Shown: positions 37,301 through 51,949, counted from the stretch's first letter. The stretch is 64,000 nt of DNA from Mytilus edulis (GCF_963676685.1 NC_092351.1:30938001-31002000), one strand, 5' to 3'. Translations and numbers: made by a program. Notes: generated by a model not told the origin, from the letters alone.

Positions 37301-39849
37301 TGGTTTCAATTATTTTTTGCCCCGTCTTTAAAGATTATTTTATTATTTCCAGCATCATATTGATCAAAATCAAAATACGACATTATATTTTGTTAGTTTC
37401 TGTTTTTACATAGCGTAAACAAATACCATTGAAAGTGTATGATATGATTGTTAACCCGATCTTATCGGGCGCATTTTATAAAAGCCAATATTTGTTTTAA
37501 TGCCGTACGGTTATCTATGTTAGCTTTCGTCCTCTTCATTTGAACTTTGGTGGATAGTTGTCTCATTTGCAATCAAACCACCTCTTCGTATTTGTATATA
37601 GAGGAAATAAATCTGTAATTTTTTATGACCACGCATATGTTATCCAGTGTACACGAGTTCATTCGAGCCTTTGCTTACACGTCTTGTGATACAAACAAAA
37701 TGTTTGGTTTTGATCCAGTGTGTATACTGCTTTATTTCAGCTTTTATTCTCTCGTTATATAGTAACAGAACTGAGTCTGTGTTTTAACATTATTAGGAAA
37801 AGTCTCTTCTTATAAATGAATCAGTAAATAGTGCTTGTATTATGGTTACGATGACTGATTTTACTGGGAGGAATATTTTTAATATGCAGTAAAAAAAAAA
37901 AAGTGTTTTAAAGTTATCATTAAAAGTCTCTTTCGAATGAAACTATTTTTAAACGGTTTACTCGTATTTTGTCGAAAATAAAATGTTTTCTTTTAGCGCA
38001 AATGTAAGATTATTTGGGCGCCAAAGCAAAGCGCCTGGTCTTACAAATAGTTTTAAAGAGCTTTACTACGGGTGTTACATTTAATGACTTTGATTCGTTT
38101 AAAACACTATGGCGTTCATTATCACTGAACTAGTATATATTTGTTTAGGGGCCAGTTGAAGGACGCCTCCGGGTGCGGGAATTTCTCGCTACATTGAAGA
38201 CCTGTTGGTGACCTTCTGCTGTTGTTTTTTTCTATGGTCGGGTTGTTGTCTCTTTGGCACATTCCCCATTTCCATTCTCAATTTTAACTTCAATTAAAAA
38301 TGTGTCTGTTTAGTAGTCGTGGTATCACCTTTTGCACTTTATAGACCAGAGTATTTATTTTAAACAAAATTAAATAATTGTTAGTCAAAATATATCCCTA
38401 ATCTCTTTTATTCATAATCAATAAAACGTTTTTGAACTGTGATTTATGACTGCTATATATAAAACATATATTTGACAACATTGTAACAGTGATCAACCAG
38501 CTAAAATAGTCTCGTGTATAAATCCAGAATTGTTCTTCAAACAATTTTCGAATCGGCACAAGCCTCTATCATTACGTAATTCTAATAACGTGTGTTCTGA
38601 TGGTTTGTCTTCCTTTCTTTGTTGGTTTGATTATGAAGGGCCTATATAGAACACAGACTGTTCATCGTATGTAGGGGAATCACTCACTGGGTAGTGCATT
38701 ACTCAAAGTATTACTTGAAGAATAAAGGAATTAGTGACCGAAAGAAACGATTCGAAAAATTAAAGTTTGCATACTTGCAGAAAAAGTAAAGGAAAAACAT
38801 AAATAGCAACAACACTTATTCTTTTAGTTTATTGACATTTTTTTTATTTCATTTTTTTCATGTGTCCCGATACATCATTGCAGCCCCTTATCACTTTGAT
38901 AATGAGTGACCGGCCCTCTTGGTGATTCGACTTAACTTCAAAAAGGGTAAAACATTATGAACTGATATTTATTTGTGCACATTTTATATACTAACAGTTT
39001 AAGATGCACTGCAAACCTTGTGATATTATAAAATACTTGCAGAATGTTTTCATGAAATCGATTTATTCTTTTATGTGCAGAAGTAAATGATTATTATCAT
39101 CCGATAACGGATTTTGCAGATAATACATACATGTACCTCAATTTCCATTATTGTAAAGTACAATACATGTAGTTCTTTCTTTTAGAGCGTGGTTAAAAAG
39201 ACGAAAACATTCAGACAGGTCTTCTTCTCTGCCATATTGGATTTCTTTAAGCAAACGCTCTCGTGAAATTAGCCATGCACAAATTCCCGCCATAGCATGC
39301 ATTATATCCCGCCATATGTTAAATCATTTTTTGTGTTCATACAACAATTTGGACGTATCAAAAATAGAATAGTAATCTAGCTTTGGAAAATAACTAATAG
39401 TGTTTTTTCGTAAATATTTCAGATTTGTCATTGGTTATATATAGTATAGAAGAAAATACATTTAATGTATTGCAACATTTAGATATCGTGATACTATGAG
39501 ACAAACTTTGTGTTTTTTTTTCTTTTGTTTATTTGGTATTTTTTTTTTTTAATATTTGTACTTTTAAAAAACAAAAAAGACATATACATTGGACACACAA
39601 ACAAGAAGATGGAAGGTTTTAAATGAAGTTTATCACAAAATTCAAATCATTCTGTTTAAATTTCGGATCGTAAATAATACGGTATTTTTACAGAAAGAAT
39701 GTACAATAAGACACACGCATTAGAACGTCAAGTAAACAATATCTCAATTTCAACGTGAAATTTATCGGTTTGTCGTACGTTACCTTCTAGCGTTGACTAC
39801 CGATAACGACGTCAAATGCGATAAGGGTTGTTTTTGCTTGACGGGCGTC
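34350..39849 (-). mobile_element. Sola-like DNA transposon (5.5 kb)
   Basis: TIRs GACGCCCG(A/T)CAAGCAAAA(T/A)C(G/A)ACCCTTAT, ATAT on both flanks, internal spliced transposase. Confidence 0.85.
34592..37005 (-). CDS. Sola-type DDD transposase (exons 37005-35697 and 35157-34592; first exon not located)
   Basis: Motifs IDFAQ, HCDNCP|GENKN (rebuilt across a GT-AG intron) and FPGHTKCLVD. No stops in either exon. Confidence 0.82.
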
Positions 39850-40767
39850 ATATATATTTTTTTTTCTTGTTTTTTTCATATTAATTATTCTGATAAATCA
39901 GTTTTTTCATGTGTTTATAAGACTAGTTCGCCTTGATTGACAGTAGTCCAAATAATTATGACATCTTGAAAGGCTATTATACTTTTTTTCTTTGACGCCT
40001 TACATCGACGTCATAACGCCAAACTCATATTTTCAGTTGGACTTTGAGAGGGAATTTACTGCTTTAATAAAATGTTTAGCTGATTTCTCCCCAAGATGCT
40101 TCATTTTAGGAGTATAAAATATATTTTTGAACCAAACTCGAGTTTGGTTCAAAAATTATTTTATTATTTCCTAAAAAAGAAATCAGATAAACGTTTTAAA
40201 AAATGCAGTCGACATGTTCCTGCCTCGGATGGAATTGTAACTTATTTTATTATTACTGTCAGTCAGGGGTACTACTTGTACAAGTTATTTTTATTTACTT
40301 GAAGAAGTAAAAAAAAATATACACCTATAAGTAAATAAATAATGTTTGAATAATCTCCCCTTAATTTTCTTAAAAATTTACTTGTATAAGCATGATAAGT
40401 AAATTTTTCTTACAATCCCAAAAAAGTCCTCAAGTTTTGAGATGTTAATTCATGCCTTTAATGATTTTTCCCAGGTTTGCTCAATTATTTTTATTAGAGT
40501 TCAATGTTTCATCTCATTAATTCGTCAAAGAAACTTATTTCACAAAGATCTGAAGTATTTGTGAAAGGCCTTCAAAAATTGCTCCTTGGGGGCTTGTAAA
40601 TGAGCAGTGTTCTGAAAATAACAGACAAATTGGATTTTTATTGTCCATGAAATTGCACTTAAATGATTAGTAAAGACATCTGCAAAAGAAGGATAATTTA
40701 AAATTCTATTAGAGCAAAGAAATCCAAAGAATTCAAGAAAAGAAGATAGGATGACTGTTTTACTTCT

Positions 40768-40991
40768 GAGGGCCCTCATGGGGTTTTTGATTATGTGATT
40801 ACTTGGCCGTTTTTTAATGATTATTTGATTATTAAGCCAAATATTTCATGATTATTTGATTACCTAGGACTGTATTTTTAGTTTATGATTATTTGATTAC
40901 TAAAGATAAGCAAATATTTAATGATTATGTGATTATATTGGCCAAAAAATGGTGATTATGTGATTACTAGGACCCCCCCATGAGGGGCCTC
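40768..40991. mobile_element. MITE with 6-bp TSD (ACTTCT) and internal TGATTA repeats
   Basis: acttct|gagggccctcatgggg ... ccccatgaggggcctc|acttct. Confidence 0.8.
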
Positions 40992-41058
40992 ACTTCTACA
41001 TGTAAAAAAATCTGAATGTCTAAGGGACATAACTCAGCCAATAATTTTTTTACCTATA

Positions 41059-41977
41059 CAGTTAAACCTGATTAAACCGGACCCTGAATAAACCGGTTTC
41101 CTGTCCATTCCGGTCGAATATGAAAGTCCCTTATCTTTCCATTCAAAGTCTTTGTTAAAATACCCTTTGTAAACCGGACCCTGTGTATTCCGAATTTCGG
41201 TCTAATTATATGAAGTCCCAATACTCTTAATTACATTAATTATAACCTGTCTAAACCCGGTTTGTCTAATTAATTTCAATGATCAATATGCAATCAAAAC
41301 ATATTTGTTTATACAACATGTACAATATGGCTTTTCGTGATAATCAATTAGTCAGGTACCGGTGTCAAACTGTGAACCTAAAATCGTACAGCAGTGAGCT
41401 GTATCAAAACATTATAAACGTCTCATTAAACGAAAAAACACACCGAATATATCTCGGATTGAACTTACGTTTTAACTTGGATAAACAAATTTAAATCGCG
41501 GAGTAAGAAATTCACATCGTGACTTCGAAATCCTGGGTTCCCTATTGTGAACCCCTAAACAAATGACCTTGATAATAAAAAACATCCGGATGACAACAAC
41601 ATGAACAATCAATGGATATTTTACACTGTACGACAAGGTTTTGAAAGTGATGAAATTACGTTTGATAATATTCTGGCTTTTTAATCGGCCATTCCAACAT
41701 TTCAAATTATTGATCATGGGAGTAAATCGAAATTCTCGTCTTACAATCCAAAAAAACGCGAGCATTATGATGCAAATGCAAACAAGGAAAAACGAAGTGA
41801 AATTATTTTAATGTATCAGATATAATTTACAATCAGAGAGAAATTTTACATGCAAAATGTCTGACGTCACAAGTCATCAACTTCTGGTCAAAACTGAAAC
41901 CTGAATAAACCGGCTCACTGTCCAAACCGGCCCTTTTTCATAGTCCCGTAGCCGGCCGGTTTATACAGGTTTTACTG
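41059..41977. mobile_element. Tc1/mariner-type MITE (TA TSD)
   Basis: ta|cagttaaacctgattaaaccgg ... ccggtttatacaggttttactg|ta. Confidence 0.75.
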
Positions 41978-42604
41978 TACATGTAAATAAAATTCACTTG
42001 TATAAGTATCCTACAAATTTACTTATATAAGTATATTAATATTACTTCTTCAAGTAATTAAAAATAACTTGTACAAGTAGTACCCCTGACTGACTGTAGG
42101 GATTAATTGGAAATAATTTGCACAAACAAACACATAAAAGGTAAGAATTTTTATATATGCACATTTTTTTTAGGTCTTCAATGAAAATTTTATGGCTAAA
42201 TTGGGTCTCAAAGTTGAGCAAAATATGCTCTCAAAGTCCAACCGAAAATGGTGGCTTCAGCATTATGACATCGATGTAAGGCGTCAAAGAAAAAATATAT
42301 AATAGCCTTTCAAGACGTCATAATTATTTCAATTCAAAAGGATTCCCAAACTATGTATAGAACTGAAATGTATTCTACAGAAGAGAAAAAAAGGGGGGGG
42401 GGGGGGGGTTAAGAAATGCTGATTCCAGCATGTATAATAGATGTGCCATTTGACTTTGGTACACTCAAAATGGTTGATGCTACTGTGCTACTGTGACAAT
42501 GTCGGGGTGCCGTCCATGTAAGGCGTCAAAGAAAAAAAATATAACAGCCTTTCAAAACGTCATAATTATTTGGACTATAGATTGACAGGTGCTCAAGAAT
42601 CATC

Positions 42605-45005
42605 ATATACCTTATATACCTTTATACCTTTATCTTCGGGTCGTTACATAAGCCAAAGGCTTCTACTGACCCCTCATCTTGGATTGTCGTATATAATTTC
42701 TCATCTCATTATAATACATTTATATATAATGTATTAAACTTATCAAAAAATAACTTATTTAGGTGTGCGCAGCTGAAACACTTAACACGAACATATGAAT
42801 TTATATAGGTTCCAATTTTCGCCATTTAATGCAGACTTAAAATTATTCAGAGTCTTTGCCGTCACCGTTAAATCTGACAGGTTATTCCACTGATCCACTA
42901 CTCTAATTGAAAAAGTATTTAGTCTATGTGTGGTCTTACACTGTTTTTTAAAAAGTTTTAATGAGTGACCTCTAGTATTATTAGATGGTGCTAAAGTAAA
43001 TAGGCTCATCCAGTCGATGTCATCTATACCATGCAACGCTTTGTAGACTTGTATCATATCATTCCTATCCCTACGATATTCCAAGGTTGGCAAACCCAAT
43101 GAACGTAGCCTGTCTTCATAATTAAGATGACAAATATTTTTTACCAGCTTTGTGGCCCTTCTTTGTACAGATTCCAATTTGCGGATGTCTTTTTTAAGAT
43201 ACGGTGACCAGACACATGTCGCATATTCTAGCAGTGGACGCACTATTGATTTATAAATAGTAAGAAACATATCTTGATCCATGTAATCAAAAGAATGATT
43301 AATAAGAGACAGCACTCTTTGGGCTTTGTTATAAATATCACTTATATGTTTTTCAAATTTCAAATTAGACTCGAAAGTTACTCCCAGATCCTTTTCTTCG
43401 TTCACTGTAGATAATGCAATAAAATTTCCGGATTCATCCAACATGGTATAACGATATTGCAGGTCATTGTCAGGATTAATATGCAATACTTTACATTTAG
43501 CAGCATTAAATTTCAATTTCCACATATCTGACCATTCACATAATCTGTCCAAATTTTCCTGTAACTTACATCGCTCATAATCTGACGAGACTTTAGAATA
43601 AACTTTACAATCATCAGCAAAAACTTTTACTATACCCTCTACTACATCAGGAAGATCATTTATAAATATTAAGAAAAGAACTGGTCCTAAAACACTTCCC
43701 TGAGGTACACCGCTCACCACGTCTGACCATGTTGATGTTGTATTATTTATACGAACACATTGCTTACGCCCAGATAGAAAACTTTTTATCCAATTCAAAA
43801 TGCAGCCCTTTATTCCAAGTTTTTCAAGTTTCAAAAATAAACGCTGATGTGGCATGGTATCAAACGCCTTGGAAAAATCAAGGAAAATCGAGTCCAGTGG
43901 AAAACCACTATCAATTAATTCTGACCACTCATCCAGAACTTCTAGGAGTTGAGTAACACATGATCTACCGGGACGGAAGCCATATTGACTACTAGTGAAA
44001 AGATTGTTCGTGAGAATGAACTTCATAATATTGTCTCTAATAATGGATTCACATATCTTACATACCACTGATGTTAAGCTTACAGGTCTATAATTACCAG
44101 GTTTCAGTTTTTTCCCTTTCTTAAATATCGGTGATACTATGGCATTTTTCCAATCGTCTGGAACTTTACCCTCTATGATAGACTTGTTAAAAATTAAAAA
44201 CAATGGATAACAAATTGCATTTCTAACTTCATATAAAACTTTCGGATGAAGACCATCAGGTCCTGCAGATTTATCTGTCTTTAATTTATTAAGTTTCTTT
44301 AACACATCTTCCTGGCAAATATTAATATCATTTAAAAAATTGTTCGACACTGAATTAGTATCATAATCTTTCAAGTCCTCTGTTTGAGTAAAAACACTAG
44401 TAAAAAACTGATTTAAAACTTCAACTTTGTCAGCAGTACTGGATGCTAAAGTACCATCCGGTTTCTCAAGCGTGCCTATTCCTGATCTAGTCTTGAGTTT
44501 ACTGTTAACATAATTCCAAAACGACTTAACATTAGTCTTTGATTCTAAGGCCACTTTTTGTTCAAAACTAAGTTTAGCATTTTTAACAGCATTTGTACAT
44601 TCATTGCGATCCTTCACATATTTAACATATGACAAATTATTTCTTGAATATTTATATTTTTTCCATGATTTACGTTTCTTGACAATTGCAGACTTAGTAG
44701 CTCTATCCATCCACAAAGGTGGGCTTATAAATTTACGGTCAGTTTTTTTCTTCGGAATAAATCTATCAATGTTATCGGACATAACAAGAAGAGAAACATT
44801 TCCACATTTCATTAATACTTTTATCATTTAGCAGAACATCCCAGTCAATGTTGTTTAGAGTCTCATTAAAAAGCTCATAGTTACCTCTAAAATATGAAAA
44901 ACGATCGCCAGAAGTATTCTCATTATTCAAATAGCAACAAAAATCGAAAGTTATCATGCAATGGTCACTCTTCCCAACTGGCGAATCCATATCATTGTTA
45001 ATGAT
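42605..45005 (-). mobile_element. 5'-truncated CR1/L2-group LINE
   Basis: End of endonuclease (GKSDH), then RT, then a 3' UTR with a gggtc/gaccc stem and an (AAGGTAT)n-like tail at 42605-42633. Confidence 0.9.
42782..44990 (-). pseudogene. LINE ORF2 (endonuclease C-terminus + RT), one frameshift near 44790
   Basis: Motifs PGNYRPVSLTS, QYGFRPGRSC, FLDFSKAFD, GVPQGSVLGP, FADD, TRGHSLKL. 681 codons open. Confidence 0.9.
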
Positions 45006-48000
45006 TTAACCAAAAGATTGACTTATTTCCATTAGATTTTGACATTATACGTCAACGCAAATGGGACAAAAACAATTAATTAATTCATCATTCATAACTT
45101 ACAACTTTAGGATTACAAAGCTCGACAGTGGGAAAGCCAGTGACATTGAAGAGCTACTTCCGGTAGTCCCGCGGGAAAGGGGACATAATCTAAAAATTTT
45201 GAGGTGGCGCTGTAACCAGCGTGTAAACAAAAACGTAGCCTGTGCTTCAGACAATAAATCTATTAAAACAACTTATCATCCATCAGTATTTGAGTTTAAT
45301 TTTTCATTAGAATAGATTTTGTCACACGACTGCCAAATTCGGTATTCAAATAAGTGCTCCGTTATTGAAAAATGATAATCCAAAAGACTACCTCCGTTGA
45401 TTTCCAAAAAACCGCGGGTAATCCCCACGACTACAAACAACTGACACAAATGCATCCTAAAGCTTTTCATTGGTCGAGATATAAATAAATGTGACCTAGA
45501 AACATATGGGCACATGACTATGTACAGGATTCCCCGTCACTCTGAGTCTTGTTTACATAATAAATACTTCAACCGGAGGTCAAAATTCAACATTTTTCAG
45601 ACGTTTTGGGAGTTATTTCGGTGCAAAATCAAGCAAATTATGTCATATTTTACAGATTTTAAGCACAAAATTGATTGAGACAACGAAGGGTGATGATGTT
45701 TTCAGGATTTTAAATATATTTTTCTTAAAACGTTGAGTGGTTGAAGGCTTTACAACGTCATTTGTTGATGTTTACAATTTGCTCAAACTCCTCGTATCAC
45801 ATTTTCTGTAGTTATTTAATTATGCTGGTGACGTATAACAGATTTATGGGCGAGATTTATGTATAACATTGAAACTGATTTAATCTATGAACGAATTTGT
45901 CCATATAAATAACTTCCATTGTCTGGAAGTAGACCTACCCCCCTTTTTTCAACAAAAAAAATTTCAGTTAGTCAAAAGTTGTTGTCTGAATAAGCATGCA
46001 AAAGTGCAAAGTGTAAGCACTCGGCTAGTCTTTGTTTTAAGCCAATTTTTAGGGTAATGGTTACAGTCATTCTTTGCAATTTGATTCTGTAAATTATTAT
46101 AAATCTGAAATGTTTCAACTTGTCAATTTTAAAAAGTACATGTACCAATCAACAAGAATTGCCTGCCTAAACACTCACACATGTTTATAAATGTCTGTCC
46201 TTATTATGCGTATCAAGTAACCTGATGTACACTGTGACTAACTATTCATGTTTGAGTGTTTCTGGGCCCTGGGGCATATTTAACTCTTGAGAACTTGAGA
46301 TTAACATTCAATAGGAATGCCCAATGCCTAGTACATCAAATTCTTAATACATGTTAGAGCTACATGTATATGACCATTTAAAGCATTAACAAAATGCTAT
46401 ATCACTTCCAAGGTCTGGTATATGAATGTCTCACTCTGATTTTGGTGATCCTGTTTTGTTGCATTGATATAACTGCTTGACCCATATTTTTATTTTACAC
46501 CAGTTTACAAGAAAACAAATCTTGGACACAGGATCTATTCTTTATTAAGAATCATACCATTCCTATATCTGTGTGCTGATTTTTCTGCAATAGAATACCT
46601 TTTCACACATTTTACTCCATTCTAAAAGCACACAATTGCAATAATTTGCAAAATCATGTGTTTACATATCTAGGAAAAGGGTACATAGACATCTCATTCA
46701 TAGTACTACACAAGGAGCAGGATCTGCTTATTCTTCCAGAGCACATGAGATCAATTATATGTTGTGGGTTCAAGTTGATCAGTTTTCTTTTTTCTAATTT
46801 GTATATTTGTTTAATCTTTTCATCAAAAAGTCTGAAAAAAGAGATATGTATCTACTGAAAATGATTTATTTAGGTGCAGGGGTTGCCACACTTTGAAATC
46901 TACATGGAAGCAAAACAGTGAAAAGTCATGTTCATGATAGGCTACTTGAGAGACCTCACTATGTCTAGGAGAAGTGAACAATTCTAGAAACTTTCCATTT
47001 AAGTCATTCAAACCTTATAAAGAATAAAAGACCATCATTTTGACTTTTTATATCTTTTTTTTTCTTATGTCTCAAATACTACAGTACATACATGTATATT
47101 TCTGATACCAGTGACCGATCCAGAACTTTTTCTATTTTTTTTTGGGGGGGGGGGGGGGGGGGGTAAGGGGTTGCTGCTGCTGACTAACTTAGGAGGGACC
47201 CGCTCCAGTGATTCCCTATTTAATCAAAGTAAGTAATATTGTATTGCAACAGTATAGTGTCTCATGTACATTTACCCCACGTTATCAATATAAAATGGTG
47301 GAGTGTTTCACATTGTATGTGTATTTGAAAATATAAAAATGTTTAGAAATAAAAGTTTATTAAATGATGAATAAATACAAAGTCATAAAAATAATGTTAA
47401 AATGAAAAATATGTAAAAAGTATTTTAAACATTTAAGGAGAACTATTCGTCTATTGTTAAAATTAAAAAGTTTTTTAAAGTAAAATCAAGTCAAATAGTC
47501 CTCTGTCCCATACATGTAAATCCTCAATATAGAAATCCTGCTCTTCTTATTCCTATTGTTATCTGAAAATATATAATTTATGCAGATGATATTATCAAAT
47601 GAATATAATTGCAAACTTCTCTAGATTTTCTATATGATCGGTAAATTATAATATATTTTAATTGTCTACTGACAGAAACATGATCTTCTGAGGTCCCAAT
47701 TAAAAAAAAAATGTTGAAAGGAAATACTGGAATCCGAAGGATCAATCTCGAAATCCTGAGCTATAAAATTACCAGATCCAGACGTCCCGAAAAAGGTTCT
47801 CTAGAAAAGGTAATACTTATACACACCAACAGATGTTTGGAAAAAATTTCTACTTATAAATTCATTTACTTAGTATTTAAAATTCATCACCATAATAACA
47901 TATCAACCTTTTTAAAAGATATAAATAATGTTTTAATAAAGTATAACGTAATATGCAACATTAAATTATCTTACAGGTATCTGTTATTTAAAAGATAACT

Positions 48001-48403
48001 TTTCATTCAATCATTCATATCTTTAATTCTTCATACCAGTAATTGATAATAAATGTATCCAACGCCAATAAAACCTGGCCACAACACCAAGCCAATACTG
48101 AAGGTGGCAATAAAATTCAACAATAAATCACATAATTTTTTTTTAGCATGGAAGGAGGGACAGAATTTATACTTTCCTACTGGTGAATATTTCATATACC
48201 TGAAACCTTTTAAAAGATATTTTACATGCCCATATGCACTATTCAGCAAAAATAATAGAACTGTTGTTCACATAGACAAGGGTCTGGATGGGGTGTTCTG
48301 CATTTCTTTATCATTTAATCTTTTAGGTCACTGGTTTCTATTTTTTTTTATACTTTTTGTCCATAATTTCTCTTTCCTCAATATATAAATTAGCACATCA
48401 ATA

Positions 48404-48609
48404 CTGTAAATTCAGAAATTATTGCGAGGTTTTTATTATTGCGAAAAATGCGACAGAGTTGTAAACGCAATAATTAAAACTTGCATTTTGTAATATTTTA
48501 ACTGAATTAAGCATGACTTTTCTCAAAATCGTAAAAATTAAAATTGCATTCAAGTTTAAAATGACAAAATCGCAATAATAAGTGCACGCAATAATTTCTG
48601 AATTTACAG
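48404..48609. mobile_element. TA-flanked MITE
   Basis: ta|ctgtaaattcagaaattattgcg ... cgcaataatttctgaatttacag|ta. Confidence 0.75.
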
Positions 48610-51269
48610 TAGTTCAAATGATTATGACCAGACCTAAGGCTTGCTGCTAAGAATATTAAGATTTTTTTCTGGGATGCATAGGAAGTCGTCCCAGAAAAAA
48701 AGTAGTCTTGTCAGACTTCATAATAATTTGGACTAGCATGTCATTTGCTCTATTTTTTACTTATTTTATGGTAAATTTTCTCTATTCTTGTTCCTATAGT
48801 AATAATTCTCTAATTCTTTATACGTTTTAATAATCATAGTTCCCAGTAACAGATCCAGGGATAGGGTTCCAGGGATTGGAATCTCCCTTTTTGGGGATGA
48901 TCAATGCATTTGAATGGGGACATATAGTTGGAACCCCCCTTTGTCCTGGGGTAGTTATTTTTTTCATATATTTTTATTTTGTTTGTGTTTTGTGTTTTTT
49001 GTCACACTTTTTGGGTTCAAAAATAAAAATATTCACCTTTTTACTATTCGAGACAACCAAACAAATCAGCACATTACATTACACAACTGCAAAACTTTAA
49101 TTAAAATTTAAATGCTAACATTGACCTGCCAAAATTGAAGTTTTATTCAAATTGAAGTCTCACGCTGGAAAAGGGGCGTTTATTTACATGTGGTCTACGG
49201 AAATTTACTGGATTTAAGAATCGAAAAGAGGCAAACATGTAGCCATAACCCGATCAGATCAATAAATTATGTTATGGATAGTATTAATATCTTTCTACTA
49301 ACCATTAAAAGTAATAATACTAGGATTTCGTGAGCTCAGAAACCTTAATCTGTTGAAAAATGGCGTCGATTTGTGTGCTTCCTTTTCGCAGCCTCAGTTA
49401 CAATTTGACACGGAGTGATGGGTATTTATGCAAATATTTAGGGACTCCTATCATCATAGATACTATTTTTGGTCATTTTATATTTAAATAGCCAATAGGA
49501 TGCAAATGTGTCAGTTATTTTCAGAAGGGGAAAACACCCGCCATATTTTTATCCCCCAAATTAACAACGTCACTTGCCACTTTCAGAAGTTCGTTTCTTG
49601 TAAAATAAAATCTTCTAAGAAGAAAAAATAGCATGGTCACCTGTAAAACTTACCTATATAACTTATTGATGATGAAATGACACAAGTTTAATTGTCTTTA
49701 ATGATAAATTTCTCGAAAAATCACACGTACACGATGTAAACAAATTGCCGCGATGGCGCGATACTGTCGCCCTCTATGAAAAATCGCGATTGTCGCCCTT
49801 GATTTTCTGGCCTTTACGTCATATGGAAGGAGGCGCAGAATCGATCCGTGGCTTTCCCACTGCGAAAGTTTTTCAACTTCTCAGTTTCAGCAGCCCAAAT
49901 GCGTTTTGTAACCTGTACGTTCATTGGTTCAAAATTATGTATTACTTGTATTGTATCTTCCTCCATTGTATCTGGAGCACTTCACTGTGTAAGAAATGAA
50001 AGATCGGCTACTCTGTCAAATCGGCATCAGCCGGTTCGGACTTACGGCTAGTTCGGACATATTTTGTATACAGTAGTTTTGGCCATTGGTTTTGTCATAA
50101 ATGATAAAGGAATGATACATAATTGTTTTAGAATCAGGAATGATGAAAAAAAATACATTTTATATTAATTTATGATTTATTGATAAATATGTGTTTTGAT
50201 TTTTAAAGAATGTTATAAAAGATATTTTTGATAAAAAAAATATAAAATCATTTTATAACATGACTTTTAATGAAACGGTGATACATGATATTACAAGATA
50301 CAATAATTAATAAAAAGTGAAGACGTTTTTCTTCTTCTTATCTTCTTCTTCTTCTTCCAAATCTTCACATCCTTTGTAGGACAACCACACCGTTAAGGCA
50401 TGTAAAACAAAACCCACCACCATACAAGTAGGAATATATTTACACTATAATTTGAATAATTCCATCCTCCACCGCTATATACAGGATCACTTTTGTAGTT
50501 TCACATATATCTTGTTGTATGTTTTCTTAGTTGCGTTTAAAATTGTTAGGCTAGTTACCGGACATATATACAATGGGATTATATATGTTTACGTAGTAAT
50601 ATAGTTCATTCTTAAGAGACAATGTAGTAAAATAGTTCATTCTTAAAAGACAATGTTGTAAAATAAGTTGCTACACTCAAGTTCGCACTAATAAAAAGAA
50701 TAATAGGTTTGCAGCAGTAAAATGTAAAATAGTTCGCCTTTCGTGATATGATAAAAAGATCTAAAAGCTAAAAGAAAATCACTTTTTTTCTTTTTCATAT
50801 ACTTAAAATTGATTAAAATGTTCATATTGCCTAAAAACTTAATCCACGCATATAAATAGACAATTTCACATCATAAAATATAGAACAAGATTTTTAAGAT
50901 TTCGTTGCATCTATATATTAGCACTTTGTGCGACGTTTACGATCTAGGCACGCACTGTAATGTAACAGCAATTGTCATATGTTTATTAATATAGTTCTAA
51001 AAGCTTGTCTTTAAAAGGTAAAAGATTTTATCTCACATCAATATTGGCACCGGCTCACCCATATTACGTATTTGTTGCAGCATTCTGCATAATGTTCATT
51101 GTAAATATGGTCAAATTACACCCATGAATTCCGAAGCGTTTGAAATTAACATGTTATACAGTGAGCTCGACTTATTTGGAATTGGCTGCCCTACACACCC
51201 AGACCCAACCCTACCATAAACCCTGATCAAAGCATCTTTATCATATTCAATCGGTCTATAGATACCGTA

Positions 51270-51408
51270 AAGAAGACATGAGTATAGTATACCCAACAAA
51301 GGCCCAAGCCCATATCCCACCATGGGTAAAATCAACATAAACAGAAATGGAGTATACAACCTATTAAGAAACCTTAAACAACACAAAGCTTCAGGACCAG
51401 ATAACATT
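51270..51408 (+). pseudogene. LINE ORF2 fragment (EN-RT linker)
   Basis: Translates to PNKGPSPYPTMGKININRNGVYNLLRNLKQHKASGPDNI. Confidence 0.6.
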
Positions 51409-51719
51409 GCTTTGTACATTAATTATGTCAAAAAGTGATTATATGCAAAGAATAAGAGAACAAAAGTACTTGAAGAATGCAGTAATAATAACTAACGAAT
51501 TTACAAACTTTTTAGAAACGATGTCCAAATTGGCCATCATCATCATAATACAAAGATCAAAATCAATGGAACAAAATCATATACTAACAGATACTGTACT
51601 TTTTTCATGTATCAAACTGATAAAAAAAATACTGACTACCGAGAAGAAAGGCCCATGCTTTGTATTGTACTAACGAGATAAAAATAACGAATAATATGTT
51701 TTTAACAATAAAAAAATGG

Positions 51720-51905
51720 TGTGGACTTTAATGGTGCTTTTTTCTGAACTTTAGCGGAACTTGCTATTGTGGACTTTAACGGCGTTTTCTTGTGGACTTT
51801 AGCGGAAAGTTTGTGGACTTTAGCGGCGTTGTGGACTTTCCGCGGAAATTTGTTGTTGACTTTAGCGGTGTTGTGGACTTTAGAGGAATTGTGGACTTTA
51901 ACGGT
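51720..51905 (+). repeat. ~21-bp imperfect tandem repeat (tgtggactttagcgg)
   Basis: About 8 copies of a gacttt(a/c) core. Confidence 0.75.
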
Positions 51906-51949
51906 GCCACATCTGCTATGTACTGTGTGCGCTATAGAAAAGCCGATGA

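Larger units (their letters stand above)
40260..42092. mobile_element. TIR element with 5-bp TSD (ACTGT)
   Basis: actgt|cagtcaggggtactacttgtacaagttatttt ... aaaataacttgtacaagtagtacccctgactg|actgt. Confidence 0.8.
39944..42577. mobile_element. Non-autonomous TIR element hosting nested MITEs
   Basis: tagtccaaataattatgac..ctttgacgccttacat is inverted at 42515-42577, with an extra internal copy near 42270-42330. gattgacag occurs on both flanks. Confidence 0.65.

Noticed and set aside
45061-50051. Short ORFs and coding-looking patches between the LINE and TUSC3
   Set aside because: Interrupted by stops, with no recognisable motifs and no consistent splice chain; probably old element remnants.
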